Of a stretch of 64,000 bases of DNA, positions 38,485 through 47,700 are shown piece after piece; positions within the stretch are counted from its first letter, which is position 1, and every line of letters starts with the position of its first letter. The notes beneath the pieces were generated by a model that did not search any database, was not told where the DNA came from, and saw nothing but the letters and a program-made list of their open reading frames with translations. The stretch is taken from IMG/VR virus record IMGVR_UViG_3300008107_005910, positions 12,771 to 76,770 of that record; one strand, written 5' to 3'. A program made the position numbers and the translations under genes. The stretch comes from a virus.

Positions 38485-39376
38485 TTTTCACCTTTAGTTG
38501 TTTTAACAATCCATCACAATTACATGCCTTGTGTGGGCATATCATTGGTACAGTTTTTGTTATATTCTTAAAGTAGTCTGGGTTATCTATCAAACTTGTA
38601 CGTTTGCCATCCAAACAAAACTTAATAACTCCTCCGTATACATCTACTTCGTAATTATTGTTGTAGCAACTCCAACCTTGAAAATTAGTTAAACCTTGAT
38701 TGAAGACTTGATAATCATTAAACACATCATCGTCATATACTAAATCTTTTTCAAAATCTTCTAAGAATTTGAAGTACTCCCAAAAGTCTTCTCTGTAATG
38801 AAACAATGTGTGTACATCCTTTCCGTATATAAAATGTGGGTGTATTTTCAATCCTTCAATGCCTGCACAAATCTCAAACATCTCTTTGATAAGCGGCCAC
38901 AATTTCTTGTCGTGATGTAACATTATATTGACTTTACATTTATATCCACGACTCAACATTAATTTCATATTAGCAATGAATCTATCCCTGTTGGTACAAT
39001 CAGCAGGATGATAACTGAACAAAAATGCTATCTTGTCATATTGTGGATGACTAGTAAAATCTCTCTCAGCATTGGTTACTACGTATACCCATTTGAACTT
39101 GTCAATTGCATGTAGTCTGTCCATTATGTAATAGTAATGAGGACTTAGTGTTGGCTCTCCGCCCAACAATCCTAAATTGAAATTCAAACTGCTACGACTT
39201 AAAGAATCAATGACAGCATCAACAACTTCACGCTTGCCCATTTGTCCCCATTTTTCTGCATACTCATTACGAGCGTAACAGTAAGAACAGTTTAATTGGC
39301 ATATGGTTAAGACATCCCAATGCACATTAATGTGATCAGGATCTTGATCTATGTGATGTTGCTTTGAATACTTCAC
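38474..39376 (-). CDS. radical SAM protein
   Basis: CQLNCSYC, LGGEPT, SYH; C-terminal C...C...CPHKACNC. Confidence 0.88.
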   Translation of the reverse strand: MKYSKQHHIDQDPDHINVHWDVLTICQLNCSYCYARNEYAEKWGQMGKREVVDAVIDSLSRSSLNFNLGLLGGEPTLSPHYYYIMDRLHAIDKFKWVYVVTNAERDFTSHPQYDKIAFLFSYHPADCTNRDRFIANMKLMLSRGYKCKVNIMLHHDKKLWPLIKEMFEICAGIEGLKIHPHFIYGKDVHTLFHYREDFWEYFKFLEDFEKDLVYDDDVFNDYQVFNQGLTNFQGWSCYNNNYEVDVYGGVIKFCLDGKRTSLIDNPDYFKNITKTVPMICPHKACNCDGLLKQLKVKNAS

Positions 39377-40032
39377 TGATACTCCTTTAAGAAATCCATA
39401 GATACAATAACATCTAATTCTTTCTTTGTTCCTTCAAACGAAATATTGTCGCCACCATCTATTGTTTGATAAAATAATACTTTGTTTAATGTAAGAACTT
39501 GTTTTGAATGTTTGGCTGCAAACATTACTAAATTAATGTCGTTGTGTACATTATTATCCATTGGGAATGGAAAATGTTCAATTACTTTACGTTTAAAAAT
39601 AAACTGTGATAATTGCAAGTGCTCTAAATTAAGATTAGATACAAATTCCTCTGGTGTAAGTAGCGCATCATTAAACAAGCGCATGAATGTTAGCTTGTCG
39701 TCTGTATTATATGTTGGACAGTAGTTACCAGCAATGATATCTGCAACTAAGGGGACTTCAAAGTTCTTTACTAGATAGTCATCATCTTCTAAAAAGTATA
39801 CATACTCGCCTGAAGCTTTTGATAAAAGGAATTGATAGACTTTAGATAGATTATCAAACTTATTAAAATAATAAGTTATGTTAGGATGGTAGTCTTCTGG
39901 AATCACATCATCACTATCATTATTGACTATGATCTCTACGTTGTTATTGTCAAGCAATAGACGTGCAGATTTCAAACAGCGTTTGAATAACTCTGGACGT
40001 TTATGTGTAGGTATCAATATGCTTAGTTTCAT
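39373..40032 (-). CDS. glycosyltransferase family 2
   Basis: LSILIPTHKRP, GEYVYFLEDDD. Confidence 0.88.
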   Translation of the reverse strand: MKLSILIPTHKRPELFKRCLKSARLLLDNNNVEIIVNNDSDDVIPEDYHPNITYYFNKFDNLSKVYQFLLSKASGEYVYFLEDDDYLVKNFEVPLVADIIAGNYCPTYNTDDKLTFMRLFNDALLTPEEFVSNLNLEHLQLSQFIFKRKVIEHFPFPMDNNVHNDINLVMFAAKHSKQVLTLNKVLFYQTIDGGDNISFEGTKKELDVIVSMDFLKEYQ

Positions 40033-41096
40033 TTTTTTAAATAAAAGTTTACTTCTTTAATTTTTTCACCTGGTTCTGGATAAAATTCTTCATCCATTTC
40101 CTTTTTAATTCCATCACAAATATAAAAATGTTTACAAGTTACACAACTTAAATCTTTACGATAAAATCTTTCTCTATGACTGGCGGCTTCTTTATACGCC
40201 ATTTTAACTTTCTCTTCCTCAGTATATGGTCTGCTTACATCCATTTCTTGATTGTAGGTTTCGCGATTCCAATCTCTAACATCATATATGTGTTGAAATA
40301 TATTATACTGATATTGTTCATAACCCTTCATATAGCAGTACGGAGTATATCGAACAATTATTTCAATTTCCTTATCTAATTTATCAATACATTTTTTAAT
40401 ACCGTCAGTTAAATCAGATAGACTTAAATTGCTAAAGTCTTCTTCATTGTTCTCAAGCCAATAATTTAATGTAATAAAATTAACAGCTACTGGCTTAATT
40501 GAATTAATTAGGTCTGCATAAACATTTTCAAGTTGATGATAATTTCTAGAATAAACTGTACAATTGATTCTAACAATCATTCCCAATTCTTGTGCGTTTT
40601 TTATTCCTTGTAATATTTTTTCATATGATCCTGGACGATTAGTAATTGCCTCATGTGTTTCTTTGGTAGGCCCATGTAAGCTGAACAATATCTCTTTTAA
40701 TCCATGTTCCTTACTCTTACGTAAGTGATTCATATTGGCAAAAGTTCCGCCATGGCTTAGACAACTAATACTGGTAAATCTTTCATTACAGTAATCTAAA
40801 ATTTTAAACCAATCAGGACTCATGGAACTTTCGCCGCCGCTTAAATCAACTTCAGTAATGCCGTAATCATACAAATAGTCAATCCTCTTTTTGACCACTT
40901 CCCATGGAGTTTTTTGATCTAGTATATCCCTATAATAACAAAATTCACAATCATAATTACATAACGGACCAGTGTCTAATCTAGACCTATTACATCTAGT
41001 AGATTTAAAATCATAATTTAATCCAGACACACTCAACTGTTGTAAGTCGTGTTGTACAGGAGATTGTTTTGTAAAAGATATTTTACTTTCTTTCAT
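40029..41096 (-). CDS. radical SAM protein with C-terminal Cys cluster
   Basis: CNYDCEFC, SGGE, FSLHG; CVTCKHFYICDG. Confidence 0.88.
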   Translation of the reverse strand: MKESKISFTKQSPVQHDLQQLSVSGLNYDFKSTRCNRSRLDTGPLCNYDCEFCYYRDILDQKTPWEVVKKRIDYLYDYGITEVDLSGGESSMSPDWFKILDYCNERFTSISCLSHGGTFANMNHLRKSKEHGLKEILFSLHGPTKETHEAITNRPGSYEKILQGIKNAQELGMIVRINCTVYSRNYHQLENVYADLINSIKPVAVNFITLNYWLENNEEDFSNLSLSDLTDGIKKCIDKLDKEIEIIVRYTPYCYMKGYEQYQYNIFQHIYDVRDWNRETYNQEMDVSRPYTEEEKVKMAYKEAASHRERFYRKDLSCVTCKHFYICDGIKKEMDEEFYPEPGEKIKEVNFYLKK

Positions 41097-42022
41097 GTTA
41101 TGAACTCTTTAACATATTTGATAAAATCATCGTTATCTGTCAATAATAATGAATTAATGTCTTTTGAAATATCTTCTCGCCTTCTTTCAACGCCACCGCA
41201 GACATAATCAATATCATATATCACTTCCTTACCATAAACTGCACACTCAACAATAAACCTTGGGCTACAATCTCCTTTATCTGGTGTAGCAGTATATATG
41301 TAGGTATCAAAGTTTTCAAATATATTTTTGATTGGCGCTTGAGCAACAATCACATTGTCGCTTGCTATCGTTTTGTAGATGTGAGGTTCATTAGTAAGTA
41401 CTAGATATTTGTCAAATTGATATTTAGATAAAACATTTTTCAAATCATTAATTGATAATGCTCTACAGTTAGTAGTTAGGTAGAGAAGTGCTGTATTAGT
41501 TTTTATTAGTTGTGGATGATGATATTTTGACCAAAGTATCTTTTTGACATAGTCTATTACTTTGATATTAATGTTATCATATCTCTCAGGATATAACTTA
41601 AAATCCTGCATGACATGAGCATGTTTGATTGTTTTGTGATTATGGAAGCTACTGAAGTCGTCTTCACTACACCTTAGTAAAAACATATTTTCAGTATAGA
41701 AGACACAACTTAAGAATCGCCAACTGCCATCAACAACACAGACATTGTTTGCCATAACAATTTTAGGCACAGCACACTCAAACGTGTCTTCTTGTATTTT
41801 TACAAATTCGTCTTCTGTGAAACTATATTTGTCTTTGACCGCAGTTAAAAATAAATCTTTGCTAGTACGGTCAGTTAACAAAATGCAGGAATTAATTCCA
41901 TTGATAGAACTTATGTAATAATAGTCGATGAGTTCATACAAGTGGCCACTGACACCATGCTGGCATTCAAAAGAAGTGGTGAAGACGAGATCGTACTTCT
42001 TTAGATCGACTATTTTGGACAT
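41093..42022 (-). CDS. hypothetical protein, possibly GT-B glycosyltransferase-like
   Basis: HGVSGH N-terminus; FDTYIY...SPRFIVECAVYGKEVI resembles the GT-B 'EA...G.PVI' motif. Confidence 0.45.
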   Translation of the reverse strand: MSKIVDLKKYDLVFTTSFECQHGVSGHLYELIDYYYISSINGINSCILLTDRTSKDLFLTAVKDKYSFTEDEFVKIQEDTFECAVPKIVMANNVCVVDGSWRFLSCVFYTENMFLLRCSEDDFSSFHNHKTIKHAHVMQDFKLYPERYDNINIKVIDYVKKILWSKYHHPQLIKTNTALLYLTTNCRALSINDLKNVLSKYQFDKYLVLTNEPHIYKTIASDNVIVAQAPIKNIFENFDTYIYTATPDKGDCSPRFIVECAVYGKEVIYDIDYVCGGVERRREDISKDINSLLLTDNDDFIKYVKEFIT

Positions 42023-42025
42023 CTG

Positions 42026-43027
42026 TCACTCCTTTGGAGCGAAGATTTGTTCAAGAGTGATTGGGGTGTAACCTAAAGAAACAAGCAAAGAATCTGAAAG
42101 ATGTGGGAGTGGACGATTGTATTCTTTTTCTAATTCTTCTCTAAATCTAGAATATGCTGAACATATTCCTTCAACTGCGTCAACATCCACGTAGTCTAAA
42201 TTTAAATTTTCTTTTTCCCACACAGATATTATTCCGTTGTAATCTGCATATCCTTCAGGCATCTGAATTTTGTGATTTTCAATCTCAACGTAACCACTCT
42301 TTAATATATCTTCAAATTTAATAGATGTTACGTCAGTGAGTTGGTTTAGTGTATATGCGTTAACTGCTGACCTAATTGCTCTTATTCGATTTCTCTCTGG
42401 AGACATTGTAGGATTTTTTTCATAATACGAAGGTTTATTTTCGTTGAAGTATGTAACTACGGAAGGGTGTCTTATGATATTGTACACCTTTACATTTTGC
42501 TCACCTATGTCTCTTTTTATTAAATCAATAAATGCTTTTGAAAAAGAACCATTTACAACATGTACATTAGATGGTCTATTTCTATAGTAATTTAAAAAGT
42601 CTTGATAACCGTGTGCAAAACTATGATACTGTATTGGAGTATCCCATTCATAGGCGCTAGTATCTATACCAAGATCATATTCTATATCAACAAAAATAGT
42701 TTCAAAACTTGAAGGATTATTTGTCATGTCTAAAAATAATCTATCATACAAGTCGTCAGCTTCTGTAAAAATAGACAACCCGTCCTCGCCGCTAAGAAGT
42801 GTTGTTAGTTCTCGATTTTTTGTATCATAAACAACTTCATTTTGTGCATTGAATATTTGAAAAGGATGAGCTATATATGACTTACCATCGTCAGATTCTG
42901 CAAATTCTGCATCAAACGTAACAGTGTGTCCATTTTTCAAATTAAAGACTGGATTCATAGCGCAAAAAACTTTTTTTGCGATATAATTTTTATTAATTGA
43001 TTCTAGACCACTAATAATGACTAACAT
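42026..43027 (-). CDS. degenerate P-loop/sulfotransferase-fold-like protein (paralogue of 36249-36938)
   Basis: IISGLES, GSFSKAF, NIIRHP, IKFEDI, SLGYTP. Confidence 0.55.
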   Translation of the reverse strand: MLVIISGLESINKNYIAKKVFCAMNPVFNLKNGHTVTFDAEFAESDDGKSYIAHPFQIFNAQNEVVYDTKNRELTTLLSGEDGLSIFTEADDLYDRLFLDMTNNPSSFETIFVDIEYDLGIDTSAYEWDTPIQYHSFAHGYQDFLNYYRNRPSNVHVVNGSFSKAFIDLIKRDIGEQNVKVYNIIRHPSVVTYFNENKPSYYEKNPTMSPERNRIRAIRSAVNAYTLNQLTDVTSIKFEDILKSGYVEIENHKIQMPEGYADYNGIISVWEKENLNLDYVDVDAVEGICSAYSRFREELEKEYNRPLPHLSDSLLVSLGYTPITLEQIFAPKE

Positions 43028-43031
43028 CCAA

Positions 43032-43439
43032 TTATTTCCTTAGATAAGACTCAACAATCAAATTAACTGCGTCCTCATCATTTTGATTTGGCAGTCTTTT
43101 TAATTTGTTTATAATATCAAAATACTGTTCTTTTTTATCTTCTAAAATTTTAATTTCGTCTTTTAAAGTGATGTATTTTTCTAAATCTGCAATCAATGAC
43201 TCGTCATTAAGTTCAATGATTTTAATATAACATTCTTCTTTATTATCATCTGTGATTGCAATGCCTTTACTTAAAAATTTATTGTTTAACATCATTAAAG
43301 ACACGAAGTCAATTAATTTAAAAGTTAAAAGGTCATCACCAAAATAACCACGGGCCTTAGTTTTAACTGCCCATGCCGCTTTTCCTGCATAAGTTGATCT
43401 GTCAATACCTTCTATTTCTTTTTTATTACTGTCATCCAT
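43032..43439 (-). CDS. hypothetical helical protein (start MDDSNKK)
   Basis: ATG directly after the TAA of the S74 frame. Confidence 0.7.
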   Translation of the reverse strand: MDDSNKKEIEGIDRSTYAGKAAWAVKTKARGYFGDDLLTFKLIDFVSLMMLNNKFLSKGIAITDDNKEECYIKIIELNDESLIADLEKYITLKDEIKILEDKKEQYFDIINKLKRLPNQNDEDAVNLIVESYLRK

Positions 43440-43440
43440 C

Positions 43441-43873
43441 TTAAGCCTCAATCATTTTTACTGGTAATTTTGAATAGTTTACTTGATAATAACCGTTTGA
43501 ATCTTTACTTAGTGCATCTTCATATTTGGTGCCTAAAAGTTCTTGAGCCATAACACCAATATAAGTCTTAGCAGTGTTCCAAACGTAAGAGAAGGAATAA
43601 ACATTTAAGCCTTCAACAATGTCAACAAGTTTGATAGATGTCTTTAATCTAATATCACTAATTTAAATCGGCAGCTTCAATCAAACCAGTAAATCTAGCT
43701 TGAACTACAGGTGCGGCGGTGCTTCCTCGTCTAACACGTTCTAAATTGACTGCGGTTTCAATTTCTCTAAATTTGGTAGTTGTAACTTGTACTCCGGCTG
43801 CAACTGCTGGCAAAAAATAAATTACAGCATCTGATCCAGGATTGGTACCAAATGTATTAATGACTTTTGGCAT
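43441..43873 (-). pseudogene. interrupted gene: 71-aa N-terminal segment plus out-of-frame peptidase S74 (intramolecular chaperone autoprocessing) domain
   Basis: 43873-43658 has a GAGGAG SD; 43659-43441 reads SDIRLKTSIKLVDIVEGLNVYSFSYVWNTAKTYIGVMAQELLGTKYEDALVKDSNGYYQVNYSKLPVKMIEA* with no start codon of its own; junction GAT TTA AAT T AGT GAT. Confidence 0.8.
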
Positions 43874-43886
43874 TACGTTGCTCCTC

Positions 43887-44276
43887 TTATATCTCTTTGT
43901 TCAAGAACTCTAAGTTCTGTTTAGCACTATTTTGAGCAACAAACTTTTCATAATCGTCTAAATCAGAAGAGGCAGTTATAAAATCGAGAGTCTCTTCGTC
44001 TGGTGCTTTAGTAAAATTCATGTTTCCGTTTTCTACGGCTTGTTTTTCCAAAATGCTCAAAACTAATTCTTCCAATGAAAAACCCAAAATGCCTGTAACA
44101 ATTTGGATTTTTTCGCTTACATCCATATTTTTTGTTTCAGCAACATGTTTGGCTGCTTTGATAATGTTTATTGACATACCAAAGCCTTCCATGAAGACGT
44201 ATCCAACATCTTGATTCTCTTTCTCGATTTCCTTAATCAAATCATAAATTTGACCCATTTTTTCTTCAATCGCCAT
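43887..44276 (-). CDS. hypothetical acidic accessory protein
   Basis: ORF in the rSAM operon. Confidence 0.7.
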   Translation of the reverse strand: MAIEEKMGQIYDLIKEIEKENQDVGYVFMEGFGMSINIIKAAKHVAETKNMDVSEKIQIVTGILGFSLEELVLSILEKQAVENGNMNFTKAPDEETLDFITASSDLDDYEKFVAQNSAKQNLEFLNKEI

Positions 44277-45156
44277 TTTTTAATTCCTTGTCTTTAAAAT
44301 CGTGAAAACGCGGCGCATTTTCGTAATTACCATATGTTGTGACGTTGCCTTCATCAGTGAAATACGTTTTTAACTGCTTTCGCTCCCCGCATCCGTTGCA
44401 CATATCGCAAAATAGTTCACAAATAGGGGTTTTTATGCTGTTATTTATCCAATCATCTCTGAGCTGATTTTTAATCCTATCTAGGGTTTTCACATCGTTT
44501 TCGTCAATTTGTTCCCAAACTACAGATGTTATCAATCTAACTGGCTTGAAGGTTTTAATGATTCTTGTCATATCTTCATAAAGATGATTGATATTAAGTT
44601 TGTGTATGGTATATCTTATTCTAAATTTCACCCTATTTTGATTTAATTTAGATAAAACTTTAATTATGGTTGTAGTACTATCCATACCATTGTGGAAAAT
44701 CCTATCGCCATTTCCCACACCGTCAAAGCTCACGTCTATGCTCAACTGTCCGCTCTTATAAAAGAAATTATTTTTAACCCTGTTAATAAATCTTTGACTT
44801 AAAAATCTTAAACCATTTGTGGTTAAATTAAAATGTACATTCTTTTTCTTAAGATATGCGTATGACATAGCGTAACAGACATTGTCCCATTCTAAAGTGG
44901 CCTCTCCACCAAATAGTACTATTAATGTTTGTCTGTCTGGATCCAATTCTCTTTCCAAGATAGCATCAATGCTTTTTTCAATATCTTCCTTAGTCATGAT
45001 CTGTGGAGGACGACCTGGCAGATCTTCGTAACAATAGGTGCAGGCTAAATTACACTTATTTGTAAAATATAAAACATTAACTGCTGAACCTTCAAAAGTA
45101 GGTTTCTCTGTTTTATCACCTACATAAAATTCATAAGGAAAGGCCGTATCTGTCAT
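44266..45156 (-). CDS. radical SAM protein (anSME/peptide-maturase-like) with short Cys tail
   Basis: CNLACTYC, FGGEAT, TTNG, VSFDG; CELFCDMCNGC. Confidence 0.9.
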   Translation of the reverse strand: MTDTAFPYEFYVGDKTEKPTFEGSAVNVLYFTNKCNLACTYCYEDLPGRPPQIMTKEDIEKSIDAILERELDPDRQTLIVLFGGEATLEWDNVCYAMSYAYLKKKNVHFNLTTNGLRFLSQRFINRVKNNFFYKSGQLSIDVSFDGVGNGDRIFHNGMDSTTTIIKVLSKLNQNRVKFRIRYTIHKLNINHLYEDMTRIIKTFKPVRLITSVVWEQIDENDVKTLDRIKNQLRDDWINNSIKTPICELFCDMCNGCGERKQLKTYFTDEGNVTTYGNYENAPRFHDFKDKELKNGD

Positions 45157-45422
45157 TGTCTAGCCTTTGCTTCTTTTACAATGTGAGCAACATTATCTAA
45201 GAATTTTACGTAATCAAATTTATATTCAAACAAGTGGCCTGCTTCATTCCTGTAATCAACATAATGATTGTCTACTTTTGCCTTGCCTTTTTTTGCTTCT
45301 TCAATTTGTTGTTGTAAATTATCAATAGTTAAAACAGTATCGCTCTTATGCTCAACTGGCTGCATTTCTACTTTAACAGGAATGGCAGCTATGCTTTTAT
45401 AAGTTTTTTTTAATTCTTGCAT
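45153..45422 (-). CDS. hypothetical accessory protein
   Basis: Overlap-coupled between two rSAM genes. Confidence 0.65.
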   Translation of the reverse strand: MQELKKTYKSIAAIPVKVEMQPVEHKSDTVLTIDNLQQQIEEAKKGKAKVDNHYVDYRNEAGHLFEYKFDYVKFLDNVAHIVKEAKARQ

Positions 45423-46537
45423 TTTTGCACATCCTTTGAATCAGAAGCACCTTCACTGAGCCAATGAACAATGAGGTCTTGAAATACTGGCTCATCTCGA
45501 CATTCATCTACTACACGCATTGCTTGTTCGTAAGTGATGTGGAAAATTTCACAAATACTATCTAAAGGTTTGTTGTCGTTCATTATTTGACTGTAAGTAC
45601 AACCTGCATTACATACTTGTTTTAGATCACAAGGTTGGCACTTGTCAAAAGTTTTTGGATTAAACTTGTCTTGATAATATTTGAAATTATAATTGTCGTC
45701 CATGAGCATGATTTTCTTACTAGCAAATCTAGCACATGGATAAAACTCGCCGCTACTCATCAAAACACCACCGTGTGTTCCTGCAAAACAACCAAATGGT
45801 CTTTTACCTTTTACTAGTCCGTATATAGAATCTAATATTGCCAGTCTAAGGAAACCAACACTACATGATACACCTTGTTTTAACTTTTCAATATAACAGT
45901 CAGTTAGTCTAACTAATTCAGTTTTGAAAAATCTAATATCATCAGCAGTCCAAACATCGTCTCTAACAATACTAAAGTCTGGATGTGGGATACCCCAATC
46001 TAAAAGAAACTCAAAATTTTCTTTCATGTCTTTGGTATTGCCTGGCCAAATCATAACCTTACATCCATTTGCTAGATCTTTTATTAGATGTTTTTTGTGC
46101 TCGTATAAGTCTAAGATTCCATTAAACAACTCTCCAGTTTCTGGATTAGTGTTTTCAAGTAAGGGAAGTAATGGTCTGCTTTCGTTTGAACTCATTCCAT
46201 CAAAGCTCCAACTTATTCCTATTCCAGATTCTTTGATAAATTTAAACTTATCATCATCTATCATAGTTAAATTAGAGATAATGTTTATTCCTTTACATCT
46301 AGGATCTTTGGTTAATATTGGAGTTGCATGTTTGATCAATTCCCAATTTAATAAAGGCTCTCCTCCAAAAAAACTAACAAAGAAATCCTTTTGTCCAGAA
46401 CGATCCATTAATTCAAATAGTTTTGGTAAAGATTCATCAAATGTTTCTTTGGTCATCCAAGTAGGACGATTTGCCACATAACAATAAGGACATCCCAAAT
46501 TACATTTTTCAGTAACGCTAATTTCTAATACAAACAT
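45410..46537 (-). CDS. radical SAM/SPASM peptide-maturase-like protein
   Basis: CNLGCPYC, FFGGEPLL, SFDG; SPASM CFAG...PC...CQPC....VCNAGC...C. Confidence 0.92.
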   Translation of the reverse strand: MFVLEISVTEKCNLGCPYCYVANRPTWMTKETFDESLPKLFELMDRSGQKDFFVSFFGGEPLLNWELIKHATPILTKDPRCKGINIISNLTMIDDDKFKFIKESGIGISWSFDGMSSNESRPLLPLLENTNPETGELFNGILDLYEHKKHLIKDLANGCKVMIWPGNTKDMKENFEFLLDWGIPHPDFSIVRDDVWTADDIRFFKTELVRLTDCYIEKLKQGVSCSVGFLRLAILDSIYGLVKGKRPFGCFAGTHGGVLMSSGEFYPCARFASKKIMLMDDNYNFKYYQDKFNPKTFDKCQPCDLKQVCNAGCTYSQIMNDNKPLDSICEIFHITYEQAMRVVDECRDEPVFQDLIVHWLSEGASDSKDVQKCKN

Positions 46538-46546
46538 ATCGTCTCC

Positions 46547-47653
46547 TTATGCTGTACATTGTTCAGCGTGAATCTTAATAACAGGCTTTTTGTATGTGTT
46601 CATTGCAGTTCTTAGAGCATGATGAACTACTTCGTTTGTCTTAAAAACTTTACATACTTGCCAATTAGAAGTATGATCACTCCACTTTTCTAAATAAGTT
46701 TCTTTCTCTGATTTTTCAAACGTGGCTGCATTACACTTCATGCAAAATTGGCTATCGCAACTCATACAATCCAAAGGTTGATTTTTTAGTGCATCTTTAT
46801 ACATTGCACTTCGTTCTTGTATAAGTTCATCTATGTTAGGTGTTGTATTAATATTACCCATAACATGTGCATGTGATTCTTTATACATACAACCATGGCA
46901 AGGACTAATATCTCCGTTTAGGTCAACACTAACATATTTGATTCCAGCTGAACATAGCGGTCTACTCTGTTGGAACCAAGCAAAAACTTCTGGTTTTAGT
47001 TTATTGGTGTAAATGTATTTTGCAATTTTTGCCAATCCCTGTTTGAGCACTTCAAGTTTTGGATAAAATTCTTCTTCAGTTAATTGGCTGTAAAGGTCTG
47101 GAGTGGGGAAATATGAACCTGTAAGTTCATATACATCTAGGAATGCTTCATATATCAAGTGAAAGTTTTCAGCAGTTAAAACAGATTTCATTCTAACATT
47201 CAATCCATTTTCTCTAGCAGCCAAGAAATTAGCCTTTACTAGTTCAGAGCTTACGTTTCCTGATTTGTCTACTCTAGTTCTATCATTGACGGCCTTACCA
47301 TCATAAGATATTTGGAACTGTAGTCTTTCACCTAATTCTTTTGTTAGAGCAACTAGTTCTTTCATATACTTTCTTAAATATACACCATTGGTATAAAAGA
47401 AGAAACTATAATTAGAATCATGTTTATATTTTTCTATGACGCCTTTACAAAATTCCCAATTAATAAAAGGTTCACCGCCCCAAAAATAAATTTCTCTTTT
47501 TGGGTCTGAGAGTTTACTCATAAACTCTTCAATGTTGTCTAGGGTTACGGAAGTGTTTTCTTCATATGCTGTTGATAGGCCGCATTCATAGCCTTCAGAA
47601 CAGTAAGTACAAGCCAGATTGCACGTACTGGTTACGTTGATGTCAATTATCAT
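46547..47653 (-). CDS. radical SAM/SPASM peptide-maturase-like protein
   Basis: CNLACTYC, FWGGEPF, YTNG, ISYDG; SPASM CSAG...PCHGC...CMSC...FCMKC...C. Confidence 0.92.
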   Translation of the reverse strand: MIIDINVTSTCNLACTYCSEGYECGLSTAYEENTSVTLDNIEEFMSKLSDPKREIYFWGGEPFINWEFCKGVIEKYKHDSNYSFFFYTNGVYLRKYMKELVALTKELGERLQFQISYDGKAVNDRTRVDKSGNVSSELVKANFLAARENGLNVRMKSVLTAENFHLIYEAFLDVYELTGSYFPTPDLYSQLTEEEFYPKLEVLKQGLAKIAKYIYTNKLKPEVFAWFQQSRPLCSAGIKYVSVDLNGDISPCHGCMYKESHAHVMGNINTTPNIDELIQERSAMYKDALKNQPLDCMSCDSQFCMKCNAATFEKSEKETYLEKWSDHTSNWQVCKVFKTNEVVHHALRTAMNTYKKPVIKIHAEQCTA

Positions 47654-47700
47654 ATTTTTCCTTAGTATTTTTTAAACGCCCACCGCTGGGCTAATGTTAT

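Noticed and set aside
43655-43669. Programmed -1 frameshift or stop read-through at T TTA AAT TAG joining the 71-aa ORF to the S74 domain
   Set aside because: The heptamer fits X XXY YYZ, but the -1 frame stops after a few codons (..LVILD*) and TAG read-through meets TGA immediately. The S74 frame needs +1, so a deletion or assembly error is more likely, though +1 slippage at the stop is not excluded.
45924-46481. 185-aa antisense ORF in an rSAM gene, and similar antisense ORFs (8579, 17527, 25059, 37080, 52125, 57082-59388)
   Set aside because: Shadow frames opposite well-supported genes, with no motifs or translation signals.
33053-47653. 7-deazaguanine or other known DNA-modification pathway as the explanation for the rSAMs
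   Set aside because: No folE, queC, queD, dpdA or nucleotide-modifying partner is visible, and none of the rSAMs has a QueE-like signature.
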